Assembly (NCBI GenBank): GCA_951406725.2
Contig: OX597823.1
Span: 15,066,001 to 15,130,000 of the forward strand
Length of the DNA stretch: 64,000 nucleotides
Reading direction: 5' to 3'
Origin: Octopus vulgaris
Lineage: Eukaryota
Shown here in pieces: positions 13,394 through 27,659 of this stretch (positions are counted from its first letter, which is position 1; each line of letters starts with the position of its first letter). Under the pieces are notes generated by a model that was given only the letters and a program-made list of their open reading frames with translations, did not search any database and was not told the origin of the DNA. The position numbers were made by a program, and so were the translations under genes.

Positions 13394-14160
13394 TTCATTC
13401 CTCCAAAGTAGTTGAAATAGCGCATCAGTAAAGCACTTAAGTCGATGGTATCGATGATACCCTCACCTCAAATACTGGCTTTGTGTCTCAGTGAGAAATC
13501 ATAAGATAAAGAGTTGGCAAAGAGCGTCGTAATAGAATGCTCTGGGTATAAAGGTATACCGGACAATTTCAACGTGTGTTTTGGCAGTAGCGTTTTCAGT
13601 TTTAAAGGTACCACAACTTTAGACTTTGGCACTTAAGATTTCCCCGGTACAGAGCTTGAAGTACAACTACGCCCATCAAAAGAGAGGGATATATAATTTC
13701 TCTTTTTTCTCTTCTCGTGGATTAGTTCCTGCGGTAAAGATATGTTGTTCGGTTTCACAAAATTTTCTCATTTATGTTTTTTTCTTGAAACTGTGATAGA
13801 TCCACAAATTCTATCTGTTCACTTTCTATTGAAGGATGATTTACCTTAACGCAGACGCTGTATGACTGAACAGCTGCTTTTGGAATCGCGTCAGAGTTTC
13901 TACTGCTACTATTGTTGTTGCTTCTCTTGCTGTCACTGTTTGAATGTTTGGGACATTCTCTGCGATTAATTGCACATTATAGGGCTTATATAAGGAACCG
14001 GAAAAAACGCAAGGCATTCTATTACGACGCTCTTTGCCAACTCTTTATCTTATGATTTCTCACTGAGACACAAGACCAGCATTTGAGGTGAGGGACTCGT
14101 TGATACCATCGACTTAAGTGCTTTACTGATGCGCTATTTCAACTACTTCGGAGGAATGAA
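13394..14160. repeat. ~147-bp inverted repeat (13394-13540 vs 14014-14160)
   Basis: Arms are highly similar reverse complements; the left arm is flanked by a 30-bp direct repeat (13368-13397 / 13542-13571). Confidence 0.9.
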
Positions 14161-14245
14161 AAGCAAAGTTGACCTCGGCTGTATTCGAAATCAGAACGTA
14201 AAGATCGTAACAAATATTACCCGACGTTCTAACCATTCTGCAAAT
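14050..14245 (-). mobile_element. SINE family C, diverged
   Basis: ggaatgaaaagcaaagttgacctcgg core. Confidence 0.75.
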
Positions 14246-14877
14246 CCAATAATATTAACATTTGGATTAATCTTCACACAAAGCGGTTGATGTTTATAGT
14301 AAATAGTATTGTTTGCATCACACAGCGATATTGGGAGTGTTCAGTGACATAGTGGACTTGAGTCACCTACGGTGCTTTCAAATCTCTAGGAGAAATTCAA
14401 TAACAGGTATTACAAAAGCAATTTAAGAACAATAAAACGATGTAGTAGCCAAACAACAAGTACTAAAAGGTTATGAAACATGAGGTCGTAAATGAAACGG
14501 AAATAATTGTCATATATTTAATTTGAATGTTTCCAAAACACTGTGTCTTTATACTCTATGTGCTTTTAAATAAAATAGTAAATAACTCGAAATTTTATTG
14601 ATTGAAATGATTCTTTAGAAAACTGACAATGGTTACTGTTCTCATTATCAAAGGCACAGTTTGGGTGTTAATTTTAACGTTAATTTTATAACAAATTGTT
14701 GTTTTCTTCCTATTCATCCAGAGTTACAACGCTGTCTGCCTAAGCTTGTAAGAAGAATTGCGATTACTGACGACTCACTAACATCTTAACATTTCCTGTA
14801 AAAATAGATATAAAAATTAAAATATGATAAACATTTTCGACTGCACACTGCATTAGGTGTTACGGTAATACGATACC

Positions 14878-15104
14878 GGCGAGCTGGCAGAAACGTTAGC
14901 ACGGCGGGCGAAATGCTTAGCGGTATTTCGTTTGCGTTATGTTGTGAGTTCAAATTCCGCCGAGGTCGACTTTGCCTTTCATCCTTTCGGGGCCGATAAA
15001 TTAAGTACCAGTTACGCACTGGGGACGATGTAATCGACTTCATACCTATGTCTGTCCTTGTTTGTCCCCTCTGTGTTTAGCCTTTTGTGGGTAATAAAGA
15101 AATA
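14878..15104 (+). mobile_element. SINE-C subfamily with alternative tail (C-T), solo copy
   Basis: Tail gtctgtccttgtttgtcccctctgtgtttagccttttgtgggtaataaagaaata; perfect 14-bp TSD ggtaatacgatacc (14864-14877 / 15105-15118). Confidence 0.92.
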
Positions 15105-15490
15105 GGTAATACGATACCACAAATCTTTCAGCCATCTTCAATGGTTTGAAAGTACTGATTTCTAATGAAAACAAAAAAAAACAAAACAGATTCATTCAAC
15201 CCGCTTGTAAAATGTTCTACTCTTGATTGATTTGATCCCGCTCTTTCATATGTTATTTTTCGTTGTGATGTTCCTTTATTTTGACTCCATGAATTCTAAA
15301 TATTTGATGAAATTAACTTCCAGCGTCAGCACAGAAGGTTTCTGGCTCTGTTAACATTTATGCGTTGCTTTGGAAATGTGCTTTACTAAACAACTTCCTT
15401 ATCTAACGTCCAAGTGCTTAGCTTAACCTTCTTTTCCAGCATCTTTTGTCATTCCTATTTTCAAAATCTCTAACAAACGTGTTGATCGCC

Positions 15491-15887
15491 GGTAAGTAGC
15501 TTGGTTACCAACCACATGGGTCCGGGTTCAGTCCCACTGCGTGACACCTTGGGCAAGTGTCTTCTACTATATCCTCGGGCCGACCAAAGCCTTGTGAGAG
15601 GATTTAATAGACGGAAACTGAAAGAAGCCCGTCGTATATATGTATATACATATATATGTATGTGTGTGTGTGTGTATACGTTTGTGTGTCTGTGACAACC
15701 GATACTGGTGTGCTTACGTCCCCGTAACTTAGCGGTTCGGCAAAAGAGACTGACAGAATAAGTACTAGGCTTACAAAGAATATGTCCTGGGGTAGATTTG
15801 CTCGACTAAAGGCTGTGCTCCAGCATGGCCACAGTCAAATGACTGAAACAAGTAAAAGAGTAAAAGAGTAAAAGAGTAAAAAGAGTA
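15491..15887 (+). mobile_element. SINE family B, slightly 5'-truncated
   Basis: Family consensus match. Confidence 0.9.
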
Positions 15888-16479
15888 ATCAGCCTTCTTT
15901 CTATAGTTATTAAAGCCACTGACTGTGTCTCACATTTTGAGTCACTTGGTTTGGAAAATTACAATTTCTTCTCTGTCGCAATAGATTCCATTATAATTTA
16001 TCTCATCTATTAGAGATTACGAGGTTTGGTAGATGACTTTCATTTAAACAAACGCTTCATTTATGAAAATAAATGAAGAGTTTGTTTAAATGAAAGACAT
16101 TGATTCTTAGTTGATTGAACAAAAGCTAGTGACTTTAAAATTATTTAGAGTGAGAGAAACATCACGAACGATGAAATTAAACTCTTGAGCACGATATACC
16201 TTCCTAATGGTATTCAAACATGCCTTATTTCTTTGCTTCTGAAAAACCAAGCGAGAATATTCCCTGTTATATGAATCGGAATTAGTCGTGTTGCTGCGTG
16301 ATGAAGTGATTTAAGAGGACATATGTCACTACTGTTAAATGCAAAATTTATCATTTTGGACAGGAAGCTTTGTCTTGATTACCTTGTCCAGCTCTTATAT
16401 ATTCGAGTGATTTCAGGCAGACCTGTTGAACTTAAAAACCACATCCTGTACAAAAATTATAGAGTTTGTTGTGTGTAGA

Positions 16480-17324
16480 TCTAGCTTTAGCGTTGCTGTG
16501 AAGAACATCGATAATTTGATCACAGACTCAGTTGTTACGTGATAGTTCTGTTATGTGCAACCGAGCCAATAGTGTATAATGATATCATCAGTTTTTAAGT
16601 CTTTAACAGGCGAAAAGAAAGAAGAAAAAAAAAACAGAAAAAGAAGACGACAGAAAAAAGGAAAGAAAAAGAGAGAAAGAAAAATATTTAATTCAAACAG
16701 CTTTGTATAAATTTGATGATATTCTCCTGTCATCTTATTCATCCCTCCAGGGCGTGATGTTAATAACCCGCAAACATATTTCTCCTCATACATTCTGAGA
16801 AGTGAAAGCGAAGTAGATTCAGATTATCTTCTGAGAATATGCACTTTCAAGTCTTCAAAATTGCAGCCGCTTGAAACGAAATGTTCGGCAAGTTCTGTCG
16901 AATTACTGTAATTGAGCCTGACGTCGAATCTGTGCCCATTAAACCTTTTTTGTTTGATTGTTCCGTTGTACAACCAACATAAATTAAGTTGTGTTTCGTG
17001 CATTCTGCAGCGTACACGAAATGGGAATCTTTACATGTTCCACCTTCTGAATAAACCATAACATTTCCGTTATGATTTCTGATGGAATTCACTTCACTCA
17101 TGTTGTTGCACAATGAACAGGGATTACCTTTCTTGCGGCTGTTCTTTAAAGTTCAACGTGTAGATACTTCAATGTTCGTTTTCTTAGAGTCAGATATAGA
17201 GGTCAATAATTCTCTTATATTCTTATTCCGTCTAAAGGCTACAATAGGCGGCTGAGGAAATATCTGTTTGAAGCGAGGATATTTTTTCGCCACATGCTGG
17301 TAACTTTCATGCAACACTTTTGAA
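16480..17324 (-). mobile_element. Penelope-like element 3' part (linker + GIY-YIG endonuclease)
   Basis: IFPQPPIVAFRRNKNIRELL, PCSLC, FVYAAECTKHNLIYVGCT and LLTSRPGGMN motifs; 5'-truncated against a (TG)n tract. Confidence 0.85.
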
Positions 17325-17435
<111 letters not shown>

Positions 17436-17553
17436 AAGAGAGAGAGAAAGAGAGAGATACATACATAAATACAGATCCACTTACGCGACTTACCATTGTT
17501 CAAATCAGAGATAAGTTTGAGGCAGATTGAACTGTTTAAACTATCCACAAAAT

Positions 17554-17938
17554 GGGAAGCACTCCGTCGGTTACGACGATGAGGGTTCCGGTTGATCCGA
17601 ATCAACGGAACAGCCTGCTCGTGAAATTAACGTGTAAGTGGCTGAGCACTCCACAGACACGTGTACCCTTAACGTAGTTCTCGGGGATATTCAGCGTGAC
17701 ACAGAGAGTGACAAGGCCGGCCCTTTGAAATACAGGTACAACAGAAACAGGAAGAAAGAGTGAGAGAAAGTTGTGGTGAAAGAGTACAGCAGGGATCACC
17801 ACCATTCCTACCGGAGCCTCGTGGAGCTTTAGGTGTTTTCGCTCAATAAACACTCACAACGCCCGGTCTGGGAATCGAAACCGCGATCCTACGACCGCGA
17901 GTCCGCTGCCCTAACCACTGGGCCATTGTGCCTCCACT
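17554..17938 (-). mobile_element. SINE family A, full length
   Basis: Family match; TSD tat(c/t)cacaaaat. Confidence 0.92.
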
Positions 17939-18169
17939 TATTCACAAAATACGCCCCGAAAGACTGCGAACATTGACGAGACCTACAAAGAAAAAAAAAA
18001 GGTGTTAGGAATATTTTACCCGAATTTAAGAAAATCCGTGCGGCAAGGGAGTCTCAAGATAGGAATTTCAAAATCAAGCGTCCATCCCATTTTGAAACGT
18101 TGTCATTGAATAAGTTACATTCCAAGAATAATCCATGCTGTCAGTAAAAAATGATCCGGAGCGAAGACT

Positions 18170-18540
18170 GGAGTTTTGCGAGTGGTACTTGGAAAAATGA
18201 GTAGAATCTGCATATATTTTCTAACAAATATTTTTCGGAGTGATAAACCTACATTTCAATTAAATGCTTCAATTCACTGCGACATTTGGGTACCAAAGAA
18301 TTTGATATTAAGGAGGACAGCATGTTAATTTACCATGCGATACAATCTTATGCGGCCTATCATGAAAAGGATTAATTAGACCATTCCTTTTTGATGGTTC
18401 TATAACTCGTCTCAACTACTTGAACTCACTGCGAAAGTCAGTCATGCTAATAATTCAAGAGTGTTTTGAAAATGTGCAGGTCTATTTCCAACAAAATGGG
18501 GCACCCAACTCTGGATAGGACGAAGAGGTTGAGTGGAATA
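18170..18540 (+). pseudogene. Decayed Tc1/mariner-superfamily transposase fragment
   Basis: FQQNGAP and WIGRRG..EW remnants, same type as 53130-53870. Confidence 0.55.
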
Positions 18541-18641
18541 CATTTAATACATCCAGAAACATTTCATTCGGTACTTTTGCGTATTATCGTTCAATGACTG
18601 CCATCATTTCGACTATTGTTGCCTGTTTTGTACCTTAAACT

Positions 18642-19042
<401 letters not shown>

Positions 19043-19324
19043 ATCAAGTATAAACAATTATTGTCTTGCGGATGAATTTGTTTTTAGTAATAAAGCCAAT
19101 GCTCAAATAACCACAAGGAATGGACGAAAGCTGCTGATATTTTTTTAGCGCAGGGGCAAATAGGTCTGATAGAATTTATTAGGTAAATAATCTTGTCTTA
19201 GTGATTTGTTTCTCAAACAAGGACACATTTACTCCTTGGGCATTTTTAGTGCTCTTCGACTTCTCCGTCACATTCACCAACATAAGCAAATTTTAAGATG
19301 GATAAATACCACGGACATCAAATA

Positions 19325-19892
19325 TTATGTTCTACTTTAGGCACAAGTCCTGAAATTTTGGGGGCGGGAGCCAGTCGATTAGATCGACCCCAGTACGCAA
19401 CTGGTACATAATTTATCGACTCCGAAAGGATGAAAGGCAAAGTCGAACTCGGCGAAATTTGAACCCAGAACGTAAAAGCTGACGAAATACCTATTTCTTT
19501 ACTACCCACAAGAGGCTAAACACAGAGAGGACAAACATGGACAGACAAACGGATTAAGTCGATTACATCGACCCCAATGCGTAACTGGTACTTATTTAAT
19601 CGATCCCGAAAGGATAAAAAGCAAAGTCGAACTCGGCAGAATTTGAACTCAGAACGCAGCGGCAGACGAAATACCTATTTCTGTTTCTTTACAACCCGCA
19701 AGGGGCTAAACACAGAGGGGACAAACAAGGACAGACAAACGGATTAAGTCGATTACATCGACCCCAGTGCGTAACTGGTACTTAATTTATCGACCCCGAA
19801 AGGATGAAAGACAAAGTCGACCTCGGCGGAATTTGAACTCAGAACGCAGCAGCGGACGAAATACCACAAAGCATTTCGCCCGGCGTGCTAAC
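19325..19892 (-). mobile_element. Head-to-tail SINE-C trimer (two C-T units + one ordinary-tail unit)
   Basis: Both junctions read (minus strand) ...aagaaata|ggtatttcgtc, at 19491/19492 and 19675/19676. Confidence 0.9.
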
Positions 19893-20600
19893 GTACCACG
19901 GTCATCAAATATTGTTATTGGTCTAACAGCACAACTGTTTTGTTTGTTCGATCTCCCCACCTATACGAAATTAGTAAATTATTAATGTACATGACGTAGC
20001 ATCTAATTTGTTTTTGTTTTTCTTTACGAAAATATCCCGGACCCCTCTGAGCATTTCATATAGGTTAGATTTTATTATGGCCTTGGCTGCCTTCTATATT
20101 TTCCTTGAGCTTATACAGCAGACAATGGGGATAAAATTATGCAACATATTGCAGCATTTCTTACTATAATGTGAAGTGTTGATTCCTACTAATTAGAGAG
20201 GCTCAGTCCAGAGTTTGTAATCCGTATGTCGCTAATACGTTCTACTTTTTGCATCAAAACCCTACTTCTTTATATCTATGAAGTTTATGAAATATTACCT
20301 ACATTTCAATTCTAAAATATAGATATAGAGATAGGCACTTATGAAGGATGTCAAACAAGGATGTCTGCCACCACTGTAATCCTTCTTAGTACAGGTAGTA
20401 AATATACACTAGCAAAATTACCATTCATATACCCACCCACCTACCTACTCTAATTGCATGAAATTATTGCTGGCATTTACTACTTTATGGCAACTACTTA
20501 TTGCATTGTAAAACTTGGCTGCGTTATTCTTCTTCTTTTATGAGTTTCATAGCAGACTTTTAATACAAAAGAACAATAATTACCTAACAGATTTAGGTTA

Positions 20601-20822
20601 CCCTTTCAATACTAACCCGGCTGAAACCGGCTCTGGCTCTGAGTAAAAATGTCTTGTTGTCATTAGTTTTTGAATTAAAATCTTCCACTAAACTTTAGTC
20701 ACAATTTATATTCCTAACACTATCTGAATGATAACTAAGTTATTTTACTAAATTCATTGTTATATTTAAAATTAATTGAAAGAAACACAGAGCATCTCAA
20801 AATAAATACAGTAACGAAAGGG
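20601..20822. mobile_element. piggyBac-type MITE
   Basis: TIR-like ccctttcaatact / agtaacgaaaggg followed by TTAA; left target site degenerate (gtta). Confidence 0.65.
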
Positions 20823-20851
20823 TTAAAGTTGTCTTGCTATCTACCTTCCAT

Positions 20852-21234
20852 ATCTAAGGGCTTATTGTTGAGAGTATGGATGATGAAATCACTGTTGGAC
20901 AGGCACTTGTTTACATATTCAGTCTTGGACTCATTGAGGTAAAGACCTACACAATTTGAGGCTTGTTCAAGAGATTGTAAAAGAGACTGGGCATTGGAGA
21001 GTCCAGTTTGCTGGACATTGTTGTAGAGCTGAAAACGAGGTAATTTCTACTCTTCTCCCCTGGAAGCCATCTGCTCGCGTTACCAGGGGGCGCACACTCT
21101 CCTACCTTTATGTAATCTCCAAGAATACAGACATCCAGCAACAGGACCTCTGTAATGCTATGATGGACCGTGAAGTCTGGCATAACATAGTAAATTCCAT
21201 TGTCTCGTCCACAGTCTAACAATGATGATGATGA
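20852..21234 (+). mobile_element. RTE-clade LINE 3' end with inverted 5' segment
   Basis: Forward part RVQFAGHCCRA...LPWKP...GR...AMMDREVW with a (gat)n tail; inverted 20852-20950 encodes VGLYLNESKTEYV (RT); TSD tctaccttccat. Confidence 0.88.
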
Positions 21235-21654
21235 TCTACCTTCCATGTGTGAGTAACCTTGATAGAAATGTTCAGGAGAGGCTTTCTACAGTTAATAGAG
21301 TGATTGTGCAATTCACCGGAAAGAGAGAAAGAAAATTACTTCACCCGCGTGTTTTGTTTTAATAAAATTTTGTATTTATTATTTAGAATATTATCATAGA
21401 TATTTTTCGTCAATTGTCAATATTTTATAAATTTTTCATATATAGCAAAAGTTGTTTGCGACGTTTCTGGAATATGTGAACTTAGTACACAACCGCACAC
21501 CTACACTTCAAGAACAGTACAGACAAAGCATCGTTGACTCATACACATACACACACATACATCTGCACTTATATATTAATGATGTACACAAAAACATGAC
21601 AGGTATACATAATACTGAAATATGCACAAAGTAAACACATACAAATATATTAAT

Positions 21655-21900
21655 ATACTCTTTACTCTCTTTTACTCTTTTACTTGTTTCAGTCATTTGA
21701 CTGTGGCCATGCTGGAGCACCGCCTTTTAGTCGAAGACATCGACCTCAGGACGTTATTCTTTGTTAGCCTAATACTTACTGTATCAGTTTCTTTTGCCGA
21801 ACCGCTAAGTTACTGGGACGTAAACACACCAGCATCGGTTGTCGAGCGATGTTGGGGGACAAACACAGACACACAAACATACACTCACACACACACACAC
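21655..21900 (-). mobile_element. SINE family B, 3' half
   Basis: Tail and body up to the (CA)n tract. Confidence 0.88.
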
Positions 21901-23154
21901 AGCCCGTGTTATTCTGCACCCATTATCAGTTGCAGCCAGTTTTTCAAGCTTCTATGATGTAAACTCTGTTTGACAGGGGGGCGTAGTGCCAAGATCAAAT
22001 CTGAGACGTTGCTCCTTTCGTTTCCTAGAGAAGGGGGTCCGTGGTGCAAGGCCATACCAGACACTGATAAATCTGCAATAGAGTGATTCACAGTGTTGAA
22101 GTGGGTGGCGACATGTTGGCCTGGCATATGTAACATTATGCTTCTGATAGGCGCAGGAGAGGCTGTGTGGTAAGTAGCTTGTTTACCAACCACATGGTTC
22201 CGGGTTCAGTCTCATTGCGTGGCACCTTGGGCAAGTGTCTTCTGCTATAGCCTCGGGCCGACCAAAGCCTTCTGACTGGATTTGGTAGACGGAAACTGAA
22301 AGAAGCCCGTCGTATATATGTATATATATATATATATATATATGCGTGTGCGTTTTTGTGTGAGTGTGTTTGTCCCCCCCCCCCAGCATTGCTTGACAAC
22401 CGATGCTGGTGTGTTTATGTCCCCGTCACTTAGCGGTTCGGCAAAAGAGACCGATAGAATAAGTACTGGGCTTACAAAAGAATAAGTCCCGGTGTCGAGT
22501 TGCTCGATTAAAGGCGGTGCTCCAGCATGGCCGCAGTCAAATGACTGAAACAAATAAAATAGTAAAAGAGTATATGTTCGCGAAAGCGATCCCCAAAGTG
22601 TCGCCCTGTTTCTCCAATGTAAAGAGCACCGCAGATTTTGCATGTGATGCAATATATAAGATTTGCCGAAGTGCAGCAGAAGTGTTGTGCTATGTGATAT
22701 TGCTTCTTGGGCCCCGTGATGGTGGTAATATTGTTGATGTAGGAGCATGTGTTACATCGTCGGCGAGAACGTTTAAAGGTTCCTGGTTGTGCGGAACTGG
22801 AAGCTGTGAAGCTTCTAACAAGGAGATTTCAAAGACTCCTATCTTTTTTTTTTTTTTAAGACAAGAGAGGCGGTGTGGAAAAGATAAGGGTGGCTGTTGG
22901 GTTAGAAAGAAGAATGCGGATGTTGTGGGTGAGGTTGTGCATTAGAGGGAGGATGGATGGGTGGTAGGTGAGAGAGAGAGTGAAATACCGTCGGTGAAAA
23001 TTCGCGAAGATGGTAGGAGAGCTGCGATGCGGTTGATGACTCGGGCTCGTCAGATATTCCACTCCTCATGGCATGTCCACTGTACCTCTTGCACGTTTTT
23101 CTATATTTTGTTTTTAAGTCTTGCCGACGCAAAGCTACTAGATTATTACCTGAT

Positions 23155-23156
<2 letters not shown>
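21901..23156 (-). mobile_element. Penelope-like element (linker + GIY-YIG), interrupted by a SINE-B
   Basis: Minus strand: LTYHPS...IFSTPPLLS; RRRCNTCSYI...CTSANLIYCITCKICGALYIGETGRHFGDRFREHI | ...HVATHFNTVNHSIADLSVSG. Confidence 0.88.
22149..22571 (+). mobile_element. SINE family B, full length, nested in a Penelope endonuclease
   Basis: Family match; splits the REHI|RSI coding stretch. Confidence 0.92.
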
Positions 23157-23200
<44 letters not shown>

Positions 23201-23224
23201 TGTGTGTGTGTGTGTGTATGCATG

Positions 23225-23460
23225 TGTTATTTTATTCATTTATTTTGTTTTAGTCCCTTAACTGCGGCCATGCTGGAGTACCGCCTTTTAGAAATCTAAG
23301 AAATCGATCTCAGGATTTATTCTTTGCAAGCCTGGTGCTTATTCTATCTGTCTGATTTGCCGAAACGCCAAGTTACGGGGGCGTAAACACACCAACATCG
23401 GTTGTCAAATGATCATGGTGGGGGACAAGTACACACGCACACAAACACACACACACACAG

Positions 23461-23524
<64 letters not shown>

Positions 23525-23694
23525 TATTTCAGCTGGCTGGAGCGTTCTAAGAGGTACTTAAGTTGTCAAGAACTCAAGTGTCAGTTAAACACATTTGAAA
23601 TCTGATGAGGACATTATGTATGAAAGCGCTAATTTTGTTAAAATACCATAATAAAGAAACGTTATAGCCAGACTGTTTTACCTTTATTCAACTG

Positions 23695-23747
<53 letters not shown>

Positions 23748-23925
23748 CAAACACTTACACACATACACACACGCACACACACACACATATATATATATAA
23801 TACGACGAGCTTCTTTCAGTTTCCATCTATCAAATCCAATCACAAGGCTTTGATCGGTCCGAGGCTACAGTAGAAAACATTTGCCCATGGTGCCACACAG
23901 TGGGACTGAACCCGGAACCATGTGT
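23225..23925 (-). mobile_element. SINE family B interrupted within its (CA)n tract
   Basis: 3' half at 23225-23520 and 5' half at 23697-23925, with a ~175-bp insert between them. Confidence 0.85.
23597..23636 (+). ncRNA. Minimal type I hammerhead ribozyme (Penelope pLTR type)
   Basis: gaaat-CTGATGA-ggacattatgtat-GAAA-gcgc-TA-atttt: intact core, stem I, imperfect stem II, palindromic AGCGCT in place of stem III. Confidence 0.7.
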
Positions 23926-23929
23926 GTGT

Positions 23930-25070
<1,141 letters not shown>

Positions 25071-25158
25071 GAGTCTCCTGTTTCCAGAAGTGTAAAGCTT
25101 TCTCATATCAATAAAAAAAATTAGTAATACTTTCGCGTATTACTTAATTGTGGCTGAT

Positions 25159-27592
25159 TGGCTGTGTGGTAAGTAGCTTGCTTACAGACGGACGTCTTTT
25201 TTCGGCTGCTTGATGTCACGTCTTTCGTCGTGAAATATTGAACTTTGAGGCTCGGCTACAGGTAGGTGTTTGTTGTATTTTTTGAGGGCTTAGTGGAGTT
25301 TGTTGCCCTGTATTGAATATTTTTTTGTAAGCAACAGTCTCCACTCTGCTCCAGACATTTGTCTGCCTGTGGTCGTGCATAAAGACTCACTTTGAAGTGA
25401 GAATTGTATTTTTGAGGAGGCGTAGCCCCTAGGCAAAAATTAATTTGTTTACGAAAATTGTCTTCGTGTCTGTGAATTTCCACTGGATTACCAAGGAGTA
25501 CGAAGGCAGGAAGGACTATTTTTTGCAGCTGGAGTACCTGTATCGGACTTGTGGAATTGTGGTGCCGTTGATTGAACTGTCTTCCTTCGTTCTTTTCTCT
25601 GCTCTGTCTTTCCGTTCTTTTTTTTTTTGTGTGTTTATTACTGAACTTTCATTTAGAACATTTGAATTTTTGTTGATCTCTTTTTTGTTTCTTTGTGGTT
25701 TTAAATCATGGCAACAAAGAAAACCACTGTGCTGGAGTGGGAAATTGTGCCCCGCCCCCCAAGCAGTGGATAGAGGACCGAGATGAGAGAATGGCGGTGT
25801 TGAGGACATACTCCAAGTCATTCGACACCATCACTGTGTTCTCTCAGGACGAAATTGAAAAAGAGTTGGCAGAATACCTACCAGCTATCAAGTATATCGC
25901 AAGGGGTGCCAAATTTTCAACAGTGTGGTTACTGTTTGACTCCCCTAAAGAGGCTAGCTTGTTTGCTAGTCAGCCCCTGGAAGGGGACAAAATTTTGTTT
26001 CTCCCCACATATCGGGGAAGGAAATTGACAAGAGGCTGGGTGAGTGACCTTCCACCCGGAATAGAGCCTGAGTGGATAGAGGATACTATCCGCCGGGGTC
26101 TGGGTGGCAGCGGAGTCAGGCTCTTGAATATTAGAATGCTTCCTGTGGCTGATTGGGTGGGGTTGAAAGCAATTTTGACCCTATGGACACAATTAGCCAA
26201 AGATCTGGTCTTCCCAGATTTTCTAAAGATGGCCGGTTCTAGGTATCCGGTGACTTTTGAGGGGCGCCCCCCTCCCAAGTGTCACCCACCTATTCCTGGA
26301 ATCGGGTCACATTAAGAGGAAGTACCCCAACAACTCATGCAAGGGCACTGGAAAAGTTAATAGAGGAGGATGTTTTTTCCTCCAACGGAGTCTCCTGAGC
26401 ATATAAAGGAAGGAGGTGTAGAAAAAGTCGAGGAGGAAGTTACCCCATCGAAAGGAAAAGAAGAAAGAAGGTGAACAACAATGGTTGCCCACCGATGGAT
26501 CCCATGGCGGCGGGAGGGAAGGAGGGACCTCGCTCTCCCGACGCGAAAAAGGGGGGAAAAAAGAAAAGAATGAAAAACGGGGCATCGCCGGCGGTTGCTG
26601 GTGCATCGGCGGCATGTTCCGAAACCACTGGAATGAGAGGCTCTGTCAGTGGGAATTGTGCCACTGACAGAGCGAGCTGAAGCCCCGCGAGGAGAACCTG
26701 AAACCCGTCGTTTTCTATCTCAGGGAAGGGCCTGTCGAGAAGTGCTTGGACGGTCTTCCAGGCCGAGAACGATTGGACTCGGTTTGTATAGACTGACCAG
26801 ACTGGCCACCGCAAGTGGCTGCGGACGTCGTGAGTCAGAAGGAACTGTTCGAGGTCATGGTGACCTGTAATAAGACAGATTTTGCTTTCTTCTTTCCGGG
26901 CCCCGACCTGCCGATGCAGGCTTTCCTCCAGGCGGCATGTCATTTGCTTGATTGATCTTATAGATTGTGTGTATATTGAATAATTTATTATATATATTTT
27001 AATGGACTATTAAGTCCAATAATTGTCGTTTTCGATGGAAAAAATAAGAACAATGTTTTAGAGAAGCAGAAAATCGGCGGGCGTTTTCTGCCTTCTCTCA
27101 TCAATATCATCCTTGTTTCATCATTCACCTCATCAATGTATATGTCCAGCCCGCAAGCTACACTTTGTAATGCTTTTATGGCAAATCTTAATGAAATAAA
27201 GTAGCTTGCTTAGGAACCACATGGTTCCTAGTTCAGTTCCACTGCGTGGCATCTTGGGCAAGTGTCTTCTACTATAGCCTCGATCCGAGCAAAGCCTTGT
27301 GTGTGGATTTGGTAGACGGAAACTGAAAGAAGCCCGTCATATATATATGTATGTATATATATGTATGTGTGTTTATATGTTTGTGTGTTTGTGTTTGTCC
27401 CACCCAACATCGCTTGACAACCGATGCTGGTGTGTTTACGTCCCTGTAACTTAGCGACTCGGCAAAAGTGACCGATAGAATAAGTACTAGGCTTACAAAG
27501 AATAAGTTCTGGGGTCGATTTGCTCGACTAAAGTCGGGGCTCCAGCATGGCCACAGTCACATGACTGAAACAAGTAAAAGAGCAAAAGAGTA
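25159..27592 (+). mobile_element. SINE family B split in its tRNA head by the Tx1-like insertion
   Basis: Head ggctgtgtggtaagtagcttgctta at 25160-25184 resumes at 27199 and continues to the normal tail. Confidence 0.9.
25185..27198 (+). mobile_element. Internally deleted Tx1/L1-group non-LTR retrotransposon
   Basis: ORF1-like 25695-26315 (VSDLPPGIEPEWI...YPVTFEGRPPPKCH, degenerate zinc knuckle); remnant of the ORF2 C-terminal Cys/His region near 26720-26930; tail ending gaaata; 14-bp TSD aagtagcttgctta. Confidence 0.78.
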
Positions 27593-27659
27593 ATTCTGCA
27601 TTACTAATGTCTAATTTAAAACAGAATGTTCATGAGCTGATAGTCTGTACGAACTCGTT

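Noticed and set aside
19325-19892. Regularly spaced ~184-bp repeats as a CRISPR-like or satellite array
   Set aside because: The units are SINE bodies without unique spacers, in a eukaryotic context.
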